A stretch of 64,000 nucleotides of DNA from the human T2T-CHM13v2.0 reference genome, Homo sapiens. Under the pieces are notes generated by a model. The model did not search any database and was not told the DNA's origin. It saw nothing but the letters and a program-made list of their open reading frames with translations. Both the position numbers and the translations under genes were made by a program. The first letter of the stretch is position 1; each line of letters starts with the position of its first letter. The stretch is from NCBI RefSeq assembly GCF_009914755.1, contig NC_060930.1; one strand, given 5' to 3'. Below are positions 24,781-37,600 of the stretch, piece by piece.

Positions 24781-25399
24781 CACCGGGCTGCAAAGCTGAG
24801 GAGTAATGTCCTATAACGTCTGGGGGTCCAGGGCTTTGCATCCACAGTCCTGAAAGAAGGAAAAGTCTAATTATGCAAAGACTCCTATGTCTGTATACAA
24901 TTAAAATAACAATGGAATCAAAAAGATTGTTCTCTACTTTGAATATGTTTCATGGGGAAATTTTCTTCTTCCTTTTCATACATAAAGGACGCTTGCTGGG
25001 ATCCTTCTGCATGGGGCTTGATTTTACACACTGGTCAGATGTGGTCCCCACACTTAAACTTGAAAGGGGATTTGAGACAACCTGCTCATTCCATAGCTGA
25101 TGGTTTCACTTGTACTTGTGTTTTGTTAAATACAAATTTATTTTATTTTCTCTGCTGGAGTCTTTCCTACCTAGTACACCACTTGGATTGGGATCTGGAC
25201 CAGCAGGGCCTGGAGTGGGCCCTGGAAGCATGGAAAAATCAATGGCTTGTAAAAATGCGTAGAATCCACTAGAAAGTTAGGTTCATCAGCCAGGGACATA
25301 CTCCATATATCCATGTGTCGCTAGTGACAGACAATGCCTGGCACACAGCATTATCAACAAGCATTTCTTTGATGAATAAACGTGTGCAGTCATCATTAC

Positions 25400-25755
25400 C
25401 CTCTGATGACCCTAATACATCTCAGTCCTTACCCATCAATGACCCTATTATACTTGGTTCTCACCCAATGTTGACCCTAATTTACCTTGGTCCTTACCCA
25501 CTATTGACCCTAATTCATCCTGGTCTTCACTCAACGTTGACCCTACTTCATCTTGATCTTTTCCCACTTTTGACCTTACTGCATCTTGGTTCTTACCCAC
25601 TGATGATCCTAATTTATCTCAGTCCTAACCATTCTTGATCCTACTTCATCTTGATCCTTACCAACTGGTGACCCTACTTCATCATAGGTCTTACCCATAT
25701 TGACTCTAATTTAAGTTGGTCCTCTCCCACTGTTGACTCTAATTTATCTTGGGTC
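25400..25755. repeat. Degenerate ~36-bp minisatellite, ~10 copies
   Basis: Recurrent ttgaccctaatt.atcttggtc.ttaccca; 12-aa periodicity in ORF 25315-25638. Confidence 0.85.
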
Positions 25756-26033
25756 CATTCAGCCTGGTTTGAATTTTGGAGTTAAGTAAACTTTAGTTAT
25801 AATTTTTTGTTTCTCCATTTATTAGCAGTGTGGTTTTGGGAAAGCAAATTAACTTCTCTGAACTCCAGGCTCTTCACTTGAGAGGTGAAGATGGTAACAC
25901 CTTCTTGAAGAGTTCTTTTGAGTAGTCAAGGTACTATTACAGGTAAAGCACTTAGCGCCATGTCTGGGTGTTGTGAGAGCTTGATGCTTTTACTAGAGTA
26001 TTTATTAAGCCTCTCTGATGCATAGGCTTTAAA

Positions 26034-26114
26034 AAACTATTCGTTATCTCTTAACGCGATAAAACACTTTTGTACTAAATATCCGTTCTATGGTGTTTTG
26101 ATGCCTTCAATTAT
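26034..26114 (-). repeat. Right arm of 81-bp inverted duplicate (partner 22263-22343)
   Basis: Reverse complement differs from left arm at 5 positions. Confidence 0.93.
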
Positions 26115-27338
26115 AGTATCCAAGTTTAAGGCTTTAATAATTATTATTACTAAAGTATACTGCATGTTCATTGCGTGTCAGTCATTGTTAGTGCTGGCCT
26201 AAGTTATTTCAATGAACCGTACAATAGTGAGATGAAGTAGGTACAATGTTAAGCTCTATTTTATGAGTAAAGAAATGGAGGCATGGTAAGATTAGGTAAT
26301 TTGCTCAAGGTCACAGGCAGGTAAGTGGTGGGACCAGGACCCTCCCAGCCCAAATTTCAACCAGAACTGGATTCACAGCTTCCCTATAGTCCTATGGCTA
26401 ATGGTCAGGCTTCACTCTTTTTCAAGTCCCATAGGGCTGTGATTTGTATGATATCAAGGTAATTTGACTTGCATTCTTCTTGCTTTCATTATTCCATTAT
26501 TTTTAAAAATGGGACTACCAGCCCACATATCATCCCATTTCTATGTCATACAAGTCAGCATGCCTTTTTGTTTTCTAAGGAGGTGAATTTGGAGAGTCCT
26601 CCAAGCATCTGGAATTGTGGAAATGTCCCAACTAGTCTCTGCACAGTGACACCTTCTATGAATGAGGATCTCTGGTTGCATGTTCATTACGACATTGTTC
26701 CTGGGGAACAAGAGGATAGAGCACAACGCTGACCTGTGGGTGGTGTAGTTAGTCTCATTTGGACGAATGTTGTCAGGCACACAATGACCCTCAGAAAAGC
26801 TGGCAGCAAATTCAACTCTTTAGTGATTAAAGTTTCATAAATGCAGGAAAGAAATGGATTGAAATATCTTTCTTGCAACACACTAAAAACTTTAACAGAC
26901 CTTAAAAGCTACTCCTTAATTTCAGATTTCAGTTTATACCACCAATAACTTCCTAAATTATAAATATTTTAGCTCAACTGGCATGTGAACATTAATAATT
27001 ACGTATTTTCCTTTTTAAAAACTTCTGCCCCTTTTTAAAGTACTTTGATTCATCTTTTTCACTTCTGAAAGACATTGAATTGTTTTTCAGACCATCTCTT
27101 TTAAAGTTATAGTATTTGAGCTTCTCCCTTAGGGATCTTGATTTATTAAACCTTATCACCCCTAGAGACTATTTTCAGTCATTACTACTATTTCTTCAAT
27201 ACTCTACTTGTTTAGGAAACTTCTCTGTGTTCATTTCAATTTTTATGCTGTGTATTTTATTTACACGTGTGCCTAACTTTAAATGAAAACTGAATTATTG
27301 CTTAAACCCACACATACATTTAAACATACATTTAAAGG

Positions 27339-27493
27339 TTTTTTGTTTGTTTGTTTTTTTAGAGACAAGGTCTTGTTCTGTTGCCCAGACTGGAGTGCAG
27401 TGGCAGTATCATAGCTCACTGTAATCTCCAACTCCTAGGCTCAAGGGATCCTTCTGAGTACTTAAGACTACAGGTGTGTGCCACCAGACTCAG
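27339..27493 (-). mobile_element. Old Alu fragment (FRAM/AluJ-like)
   Basis: T-rich tail then gagacaaggtcttg.tctgttgcccag.ctggagtgcagtggc. Confidence 0.85.
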
Positions 27494-27619
27494 ATACAGA
27501 AATTTAATTCTCTGCATTTTTCCTTTCTAATTTTTCTGTTATATCTTACAATAATCAGAAAGATGGTTATTCATAAAGACTGAATGAATACTCAGACTTA
27601 GATTCTCCTGCTACTTATT

Positions 27620-28235
27620 GCAAAGTTAGCCCGCCGTGAAGTCTAGGGAGACAGTACAATTCCCACAAGACCACCTTCTGCCTGACATTAACTTAAAGTT
27701 TGGAGGTCCCCAAGACCACTCTCAGGTTAGATAATTCTCTAGAAGGACTTACAGAACTCACAGGAAGCTGTTACTTTCATAGCTATATCATTTTTTACAG
27801 TGAAAAGACACAGGTTAAAATCAGCCAAGGGAAGAGGTGCATGGGACAGAGACCAGGAAAATTGTAAGCGTGGGGCTCCCATTGTCCTTTTGCTGTGAGT
27901 CAGGACAGTGTTACTTTCTCAGTATCGATGGATGACAGTGCCCAGACCACTGCCACACCGGGAAGCTCACCTGGGTCTCCTCATCCAGAGTCTTTATTGG
28001 AGTACCTCACCCAGGCATAGCTGGCCATCTGTGAGGCTGTGTTTAGTCTCTAGCTGCTCTGGGGGCTGAGCTACAGCTGCAGGACCAAAGCCCTCACCCT
28101 AAACCACATTATTACTGTCTGTCTGGCTGAGGGTCCCCAGGCAAACAAAGACATCCCCATTGGGCATGATATCCTAAAGCCTGGGAGGTGACCTCCTGGC
28201 TACTGAGGGCCAAGATCGGACCTCTTTAACTTTGC
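27620..28235 (-). mobile_element. MER21-like LTR
   Basis: ggtccccaagaccactctcaggtt.gataattc.ctagaaggact.acagaactca...aaaatcagccaagggaagagg.gcatggg...ccccaggcaaacaaagaca. Confidence 0.65.
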
Positions 28236-28331
28236 CTTTTGGGAAAAGTTTAGCTCTTTTCTTATTTATTCAACAAATTTAGAACACAATGAGTGTTACT
28301 CATTTTATACTGAGGATACAAATGCTTATAG

Positions 28332-28952
28332 TGTTACTAGAAAGTGGTCCTGATCCGGACCCCAAGAAAGGGTTCTTGGACCTTGTGCAGGAAAGTATTC
28401 ATGATGAATTCATAGAGTAAAGTGAAAGCAAGTTTATTAAGAAAGTAAAGAATGGCTACTCCATAGGCAGAGCAGGCCCAAGGCCTGCTAGTTGGCTATT
28501 TTTATGATTATTTCTTGATTGTATGCTAAACAAGGGGTGGATTATTCATGATTTTCCTGAAAAAGGGGTGGATAATTCCTGAAACTGAGGGTTCCTCCCC
28601 TTTTTAGACCATATGGGGTAACTTCCTGATGTTGCCATGGCATTTGTAAACTCACAGTGCTGGTGGGAGTGTCTTTTTAGCATGCTAATGCATTATAATG
28701 AGCGCATAATGAATAGTGAGGATGAGCAGAGCTCACTTTTGTTACCATCTTGGTTTGGTAGGTTTCGGCCAGCTTCTTTACCACATCCGTTTATCAGCAA
28801 GGTCTTTGCGGCCTGTACCTTGTGCTGACGTCCTATCCCATCCTGTGACTAAGAATGCCTAACCATCTGGGAATGCAGTCCAGTAGGTCTCAGCCTTATT
28901 TTCCCCAGCCCCTATTCAAGATGGAGTTGCTCTGGTTCAAATGCCTCTGACA
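28332..28952 (-). mobile_element. MER41 (MER41B-sized, 621 bp) ERV1 solo LTR
   Basis: Minus strand begins TGTCAGAGGCATTTGAACCAGAGCAACTCCATCTTGAATAGGGGCTGGG; TG...CA ends; perfect 4-bp TSD ATAG (28328-28331, 28953-28956). Confidence 0.88.
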
Positions 28953-29198
28953 ATAGCACACTCTGACTTTAAGGGGCTTATGTTCTAGTGGGGAAGATGA
29001 ATGTGGGAACAGACTTGTAGAGAACAATATGATACAATTAGCTAGAAGGTGCATCTGCAGTGGGGGTGGGTGTCATGAGAGAGGTGTCATGGAGAGAGGA
29101 GAGTGAAGAGAAGTCAGCTAAGGGGCTGAGGGATGGGGGAAGCTCTGGGCAGGGAAGGTCCAGTTGGGCAGAGGGGACTGCCCACTGTGTGTGACCAG

Positions 29199-29659
29199 TG
29201 TTAGATTTTGAAGGAAAGGGGAGGGTTAAAGAAAGACACATACATAGAAAGAGGGTGGCTTGACAGCAAACGCAGGCTTTACGTCCAGCATAAAACCAAA
29301 AGAAGTGGGGGACCAGCCCAATGCCAGTGCCCACTGCGGGCTTACAGGCTGGGGCAATGTAAATGTATGGGCAGGAGGGGTATGGGCACTATGGCGTGCG
29401 CCCGGCAGGATATTGAGCAGATGTTCCCATGATGAGGCACTTCTGACCCTTGTTCGGGTGGAATGTGGTGCTCCTTGCACTTTCTCCCAGAAGAACATGA
29501 TAAGAGGCGTGCTGTTTCCTCAGTCGGCCTTTGTCCACCTTGTGGTCAGGTGGTTACGCAGGATGCTTCTCACGGCCCAAATCCCTGTGAAATGTTTCAC
29601 TTTGACGAAGGTCTGCAAAATAGCAGGGAGCTTACCAAATGGTGCAGTTTGGACTGACA
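29199..29659 (-). mobile_element. Solo LTR, ERVL-like (LTR32-like; family uncertain)
   Basis: TG...CA ends (minus start tgtcagtccaaactgcaccattt), 461 bp, near-perfect 5-bp TSD accag/cccag. Confidence 0.6.
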
Positions 29660-30081
29660 CCCAGTTGTGAGATATTTATAGCGAGCTGGAAGGGCTCCCC
29701 ATTTTTTTCAACCACAGTCAGTAACTTTCTTGTCGACTCTCACAAGTTCATTGCATTTCATTTTCTTGTCTTGCTCTCATATCCAAACCATCGTCCATCT
29801 CTGTAATGTCACAGTTTCCTCTTACTTCAGGGACACCTGATTTTCCTAAACCTGGCTCCCCTCCCAGGTCCAGATCGTGCTAACCCCTCATTTCTCTTGT
29901 CTTATTTTCACCTCCAGCCACAGGGAAATTGAGCTTCAGGAGAAAGGAGCTATGGTCATTTCCAAAAAAAAAAAAGGAATCATTGTAGAAAGAGAAGCTG
30001 GGAGTGGTCAGAGGCAATGTACAATCTCGGAAGTTAGAAGTTGCGAGGCCTGTGATGGTCCTGAGCACATGTTTGAGTTTC

Positions 30082-30805
30082 TGAAACTACCTTGGCAAAA
30101 ATTAAATCAGTGAGAAAATTGTGACTGGGGGAGATCTTGATCTAGCCAGCCCCCTTCTGGCCTTTAGCTTTCACGCTGCCTTAATTATTCCTGGGCTCAG
30201 GCTGGGCTAGCTTTGGGAGATAAATAGTTTGTAATTGAAATGATAATAGCCCTTCCCCAAAGCTCAACGACCTTTGTAAAGCTAATGAGAGACCACCAGG
30301 CTAGGGGAGGGGAGGAGTCTGAATTCTGCTAAGGTGTAGACGTGAGTGATTCTGGAGGTCACAAGGTGTGCAACTTCCCCAGTTACTCCTCAGGTAACAT
30401 CACTGTTGTAGAACCTAAGATTGTCCTTTTGAGATATTGTTTTAAGTTTTTCTGCATGTGTGACACAGATGCCTCCGCCTGGCTCCACCTGGATCGGAGC
30501 CTCAACCCGGCAACAGCTCCTGTGACCCCACCCAGAAGTGACTGAGTACACAGGAGGACCCTTTCCCACATGCCTATGACTGCACCCCCCAGGCAGCAGC
30601 AAGTCCCCGTGGCCTAGCTACCCCACCCCTTCCCAGCAAACTACCTTTGAAAAACCCGTCACCTCTGAGCTTTCCGTGAGACTGATTTGAGGAATAACTC
30701 TGTCTCTCGCATGGCGTCGGGGGCCTTGTGTCAATTAAACTCTTTTTTTACTGCAATGCCATGGTCTTCATGCAGTGAGCAGGAGGAACCCATAAGGCAG
30801 TTACA
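30082..30805 (+). mobile_element. LTR8A-like ERV1 solo LTR
   Basis: tgaaact.cctt.gcaaaaatta...tgataatagcccttccccaaa...gtaaagctaatgagagaccaccaggctagg...ggcagttaca; 724 bp. Confidence 0.82.
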
Positions 30806-32319
30806 TGTATAGTTTGGAATAAAATAATTTTAGCAGCCTCTTAATATTTCTACAATGTGAAGACCATCAAAGAAATGAGTTACTAATGAAATCAGCATTT
30901 CATGTATAAGAAGTCATTTTGAACATAATTATATTGTTATAGAAAAAATTTTAGTCCTACAAAATAAAATTTTAATGAAAGTTGAATAATTGTATTGGGA
31001 CCCAACACTGTTGAAACATGAAATGTGCAAATGCGCTTGTTAGTAAAAACAGCTTTTTTTTTTTCAGTTTTATTTCAACAGGGTTAACATAAACATAGTG
31101 TTTTAAGCTTAAAATGATGGAAAACCCCTACGTAGATCTTCCAACGTGGACATTCCAACAGGAAGCTATAAAGAGAAGTAAAAGTGACAGCACATTATCA
31201 GTGAAAAATAAGACTAGGTTTAAAAAGGTGAGTTTTTGTTATGTTTATTGCCACTGGAGAATTTGATTTAAGACATCAGAAAATTGCATTATATTTTTGG
31301 TGTAACATGGATACTTTAAACAATATTTTGTTCATTCATTTGCTTGTTCATTCAACTAAACGTATTGAATAGCTCCTCCATGCAAGCACCTCTCTGGCCC
31401 TGGGGGTGCAGCGGGGTATGAAGCAGAGACCCTCTGTCCATGGAGCCACATTCTGCCGGGACCCACAGTCCGTGAGCGTGGAGGCAGGAGCACTGGGAAC
31501 AGCTAGCTGGCTGGGGCCTTCTCAATAGGGAATGTCTTAGGCAGTATTTGAAGGATACCTATGGGTATAGAGAACATACTGGGGAAAGGAAAGACAGTAT
31601 TTTTCTTAGAACTTGAAGAAATTTCTGTAATTGTTTTTTGGAAGAAGAAGTAAAAGTATGGAACACCATCATTTAAAATGAGATACTAAAGTGTACTCTT
31701 CAGTTATAAAAATTAAAACACTCTCATCATGATGCAGAAATAGGAAGATCTATGGAAGAGAAGAAAAAAGCAAATAAAGTTGAGGATGTGGAATATGATA
31801 AAGGTGCCTCCAAGTACTTTGTACTTCTGTTTTAAAGAATGTATTCTGCACATTGTTTTCTGTTCCACAATACAGAATTACAGACGCTCTTCCAGGTGGC
31901 AGACCCGAGTCAGCCAGGAACTGTCAACCTGGAGATGAAGTGCCTCGCTGGGTGGCCTGCGCATCATGTGTGATGAGGGAAGTGCTCCTGCTGTCACTCA
32001 GTCATGAATTCCTGTGCGTGGTGGGTTCCAGCAGTCAGCCAGAGGCTATCATCAAACTTGTTTTGCTTTGTATTAAATTAAACTCACTAGAAACAGTGCA
32101 AGGTCAGGAAAGGCAGTTATCAAGGCCTTCGACCTCTAAGACTTTACATTTGCTGTGAGTAGACCTTAGCATGCCAGGAGAAGTTTCTCATCAAAACCCA
32201 GCTTCCATCAGCAAAGACAGGAGGAAGCCAAGTCAGGACCAGAGCCCCCTCTCTCCTGTAGACGGAGGATACATTCAGGAACTCAGAACCTGGAGGAGAG
32301 GTGAGCAGGGGGTTAGCAA

Positions 32320-32451
32320 TGATATGGTTTGGATTTGTGTTCCCGCCCAAATCTCATGTCGAATTGTAATCCCCAATGTTGGAGGAGGGTCCTGGTAGGA
32401 GATGATTGGATCACGGGGGCAGATTTCCCCTTTGGTGCTGTTCTCATGATA
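32320..32451 (+). mobile_element. MSTA-like MaLR LTR, 5' fragment only
   Basis: tgatatggtttggatttgtgt.ccc.cccaaatctcatgtcgaattgtaatcccca...gctgttctcatgata, then similarity stops. Confidence 0.8.
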
Positions 32452-34070
32452 ATTGTCCTAGTACAGTCTCTTCCTCTCTCTCACTATGCACTGACTTCTC
32501 AGGCACCTGGGACCACGTCTCACACTCGTCTTTAAGCCTTGCAATGGCTGCACAGTGCTAGGCACTGGAGGTTGTTGATTAGTTTACAGTTAATGAATTA
32601 GAAAATAATAAGGAACAGAATAGAAACATGTTGAATTAAGCTTTTACTTTCACTGATGACTCAAAAGTCCCATGATTTTGTAGTATTTCAAGACTACTAT
32701 TATGAGCATTAGTTTTCATTTTTCTTGCAACTATTTAGTTCTGTCTAACAGAGCTCTGACTGGGTAAGTATCAGGTCACAGAATATTTACCACAGGTTCA
32801 TATGATGCAGTAAACCTGTGTCTTTCATGGGGGCTTTTAGCTAAAGCAGCAATTATAGGTGTCTGTCAGAGGAACCCCTTAGCTAATTGTTAAGCTGTAC
32901 CTGAAGTCTCCCATGAAGACAAGCAGTCAGATCCTGATGTCTCCCAAGATGACAAGCAGTCAGATCCTGAAATCCATGACTGGTGACTTGTGAAATTCTA
33001 GTGGATATTCTGCAATGACGTGCCATGAGCCTCTGTCATTTCACCTCACCATCATGCCACAAATTAGTACTCACAGCTGAGAGTTTAGACCTAGAAAGGG
33101 CAATAAAATTAAGTTCAAATACTGTATTAAGGGACTTGCCCCAGATTACATAATTCTTTTGTGTAAAGGCCAAATTATACAAATCCTCAGATTCTGAGGT
33201 CGGAGTTTCTTTTCCTATAACATGTTTCTTCAAACATAGCTGTATCCACATTTCATATCAAGCAGATCCAGGAAAAATGATGAATAATCAGATAGCATGA
33301 TATGAACACAAGGTCATGAGCAATAAAGGGTTCCGATGGAGCTATTAGGAAGAGCATGATGCTCACGAGCAGTAGGAACATTGTTCTATGTATTTATTGG
33401 CCTTGTAACTATGGTTTAGAAGTGGTAGGAATCCACAGAGATATACCTACAGAAAGATTTGAAAGAAATAAAACTCCCAGCCTCAGTGTGGTATCATCCC
33501 ACCCTCAGTATCACTATCTCAATCTTGACCTTCATACACATATCAAGAAACTTTCCACTTCTTGAAATACAAGAACTTTCAGATATTAAAAATGTTTTAA
33601 GATTCTCTCTCCTCTGTGGCCTCTTCAGCATTGGTATTGGAAGTCATGGGTTGATGTTATCTGGCTGAGGGGCTTATCTAGAAATGTCTCCTGATCCCAG
33701 GTCCCTTTAGGTCTAAGTTAGCTTCTTCCCCTGTCCGTACTCAGTCTCAGCTGGTCACTGATTATGTGATATCCTTTCTAATCACTTGTGTCCTACTGCA
33801 AAAACAAAATAACACAACATAGAGTAAATACATTATCGGAATGGCTAGCAATCATTGGACATTTTTCTCCATTCATTATCTTGAGGAGCATAATGTACTC
33901 CCCCAATTCATTTTAAACAAAAAAACTTTAGAATGTAATTAATGGAAGCACTCACTATTGTGGATTGAGTAGTTTTTATATGTTGCCTTACCACCTTGCT
34001 TAGAGGGGCAATGTCTTTCCTTATTCTCAATTTTTACAAAATATTGTACAGAGAAAATGCTTGAAAAGTG

Positions 34071-34350
<280 letters not shown>

Positions 34351-35739
34351 TCACTTATAACATTCAGACTCAGCTCATAAAATCCAAAAGAAACGTGGAG
34401 TTTGGGGAGTGCTAAAATGCACCACTGAGGGAACAACTAGAAAATGACTAGAAAATCCTTCTCTTTTTGTTCTATCATTGTACGCTACAGCTACTGGTGA
34501 TAGTATTAAGGCATGTTTTACAATTCATATTTGGATTCGATCACAGGGCTCATACTCTCTTATCTCCACCTCTCACAAGTTTTACCATACGAGTTTTGTG
34601 GTAGTTTGAGGAACTCAACACAGCTGCAAGTGTTCCGCTGGAATCTACTATGATCTGTGTCACTTGAGGCACAGTGTGAGCGCACGTCATTCCTTGGATG
34701 ACACGCACCCCTCTCCTAACTTAGTATTCCGACATTTAGTCATCCACGAATTCGCTCAGCTGCCTCCAGTGGGGTGGGTTCCAGTCTCAATGGCATCTCA
34801 CTAGTTCCCCGTCACATTGCTCATTTGCAGTGATGACATTTACAAAAGGTGATTTCTTTTGTCAGGGGTCTGTACCACTATCGAAGTAGTCCTTTGAACC
34901 AGAAATTTAAACAGCTAAGCTACTTTAAAAAGTGTATCTGCTGCTACTCCAAGCAGCCGACTCTGGAACTGGCTTCTGACTTTAAAAGATGAGTGAAAAG
35001 ATGTGCTGTGCTTTCCTCTGCAGAATGTTCAAACCAGAAGGCCCCTGGAAGACTGTGCCTGAAACGCGGCTAAGGCACCACCAGGCTGAACAGAAAACGG
35101 GGGCCTTATCAGAGAGAAGGGAAGGGCCCCATAGTCCAAACGCCCAGGAGGCTCCGACCTGACCCGCGGCCACGAGTGTTTGCTGCAGGACGAGAATCTG
35201 GGGAAGATGCAGCGAAGAAAATGGCCTGGCCGGGCCGGGAAGAGCAGCCCACAGAGACCCGCAGCACAGAGAGGGATGCGGGGAGCCTGCCCTGGGAGCC
35301 ACCCCGGCTGAGGCTCAGGAGGGGAGCTGCGAAGCCTGAAACCCATCGATGATGGCTGGTGATGAAAACATGTGGGTGGACCTGCTTTGATGGCGAGATG
35401 GACAGGTCTGAGCTCACACATCCTCGGGAAAACAAATAAAACTCTGTGGAAATGGACATGAGACACTGGGCCCTCATTCCCCAACTTGTAGAGATGACTG
35501 AGAAAAGCTTCCAGAAACTCGAGGACATCACAACTTCCAGCTGGGTCAAACTCAGGGTGCTGTGAGGCCTGGGCAGAGAGACCCCCAGGGTTTCCCAGGG
35601 ATGGCGGAGTCTCTGGAGGAAGGAGACACCATGAAGATGGGGATGGAAGCTGCCTGCCCCATGGAGAGGGGAGGGGGCCGGCCACTCTCACCCCTCGAAC
35701 AAAAACCGGGTGGAACCTGAGAGGAGCAAAGAAACAAAC

Positions 35740-36606
35740 ACAACCCTCACACACCTCAGGACACACACACAACACCTCACACACCTCAGGACACACACAC
35801 AACCCTCACACACCTCAGGACACACACACAACTCTCACACACCTCAGGACACACACATAACCCTCACACACCTCAGGAAATACACACATAACCCTCACAC
35901 ACCTCAGGAAATACACACAACCCTCACACACCTCAGGAAACACACACAACCCTCACACACCTCAGGACACACACAACCCTCACATACCTCAAGAAACGCA
36001 CAACCCTCACACGCCTCAGGACACACACACAACACCTCACACACTTCAGGACACACACACAACCCTCACACACCTCAGGACACACATAACCCCTCACACA
36101 CCTCAGGACACACAACCCTCTCACACCTCAGGACACACAACCCTCACACACCTCAGGACACACACACAACCCTCACACACCTCAGGACACACACAACTTA
36201 ACACCTCACACACCTCAGGACACACACAACTTAACACCTCACACACCTCAGGACACACACACACAACCCTCACACACCTCAGGACACACACAACTTTCAC
36301 ACACCTCAGGACACACACAACCTCTCACACACCTCAGGACACACACACAACATCTCACACACCTCAGGACACACACAACCCCTCATGCACCTCAGAATAC
36401 ACACAACCCTCACACACCTCAGGACACACACACAACCCCTCACATACCTCAGGACTCACAACACCTCACACACCTCAGGACACACACAACCCTCACACAC
36501 CTCAGGACACACACACAACACCTCACACATCTCAGGACACATATACAGCCTCTCACACATCTCAGGACACACACACCACAGCCCCTCACACACCTCAGGA
36601 CCCACA
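35740..36606. repeat. CA-rich minisatellite, ~27-32-bp unit (aaccctcacacacctcaggacacacac), roughly 29 copies
   Basis: Direct reading; variable (CA)n inside the units. Confidence 0.97.
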
Positions 36607-37449
36607 ATCCATGGTTAGAATGACGCGCAGGGACAAAAGTGCTTCGTTTCCTCTTTGTGGTAGTTTCTTCGTTCATTCACGACGTCGGTGTTTACTGCCT
36701 ATTGCAAGCGAGTCGCTTGAGGAACTATCCGAGTGACACACAGCACAAGCAGCCTCAGGGGAGCCCCAGGTGTGCTCTCCACAGGCAGCACCGTGGATGA
36801 GAAGGATGGCCAGGGCTTAACAGGAACATGGACCCTCGCTTGTGCCTCATTCTCTTCTCTATCACAAAAATCACACGACAATTCAGATGGAGATGCATTC
36901 TGTGAAATGATGAAAATTTGAATCCTGTCTCCTATTTAAACTCACATATATTATTTTCCCTTCATAAAAATGTTTTTTCTAGTAAATAATTTGACATCCA
37001 AAGAGAGTTTATATTTCTTCAAGAATGTATGCTCAGAGAAATGAGCTCTTACTACACGTTGGGTATTGAAGACTTGATATTAAACACATGGTTTTTGTCA
37101 ATGGGGAGGAGCAGTTTGACTCTCTCCAGTGTCCTTTGTGGATGGATGGACTCCACTGACAATGAGCTCCTATGTTAGAATTGCGGGTTTGGGATGTTTA
37201 ATTATTATCTGAGCTGGTCCAGTGGTGATGCTGAGTGGGACGCTCATGCCCCTTTAAGACAGAAAGTCCGTTGGAACCGTCGGCTGCTCTCTGGTCTCTG
37301 GAGATGAGGCGGGAGGACTTGGGGACAGCTGTGGGGACACGGCCCAGATGTTCTGGTCCCAGCAGAAGTGACTGGCGGGGACCAGGTGAGGTGATGAGGT
37401 CTGGTAGTGGGGCTGAGGGAAGGGGTCTTCCCCAGACTGAGGGGGTCAC

Positions 37450-37600
37450 AAGTTTGGGGCCGAGGACACTGGGGTATCCCCTCGGAGGAGCGGGAAAGAA
37501 GAAGCTTTCTCAGGGCTGTGAGGACCGTGGACCCTTGCCCACTTCCACAGAAACTGTCCCAATCCCCGCGGGGAAGGAACAGCCAGGGATCCGGTTACTG
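37450..37600 (+). other. TCP10L2: Probable non-coding first exon of TCP10L2 (5' end uncertain)
   Basis: GC/CpG-rich patch ending in donor CTG|gtaggt at 37600/37601, upstream of the ATG exon. Confidence 0.5.

Noticed and set aside
25315-25638. 107-aa Leu-rich periodic ORF
   Set aside because: Product of the 36-bp degenerate tandem repeat; non-ATG start
32290-32320. WRRGEQG as the CENPJ KRGEG tubulin-binding motif
   Set aside because: Too short and lacks the flanking PFL/LARF residues; not counted as evidence
35029-36676. Several long ORFs (257, 163 aa etc.) rich in H/T or C/V
   Set aside because: Mostly translations of the CA-rich minisatellite and adjacent GC-rich DNA
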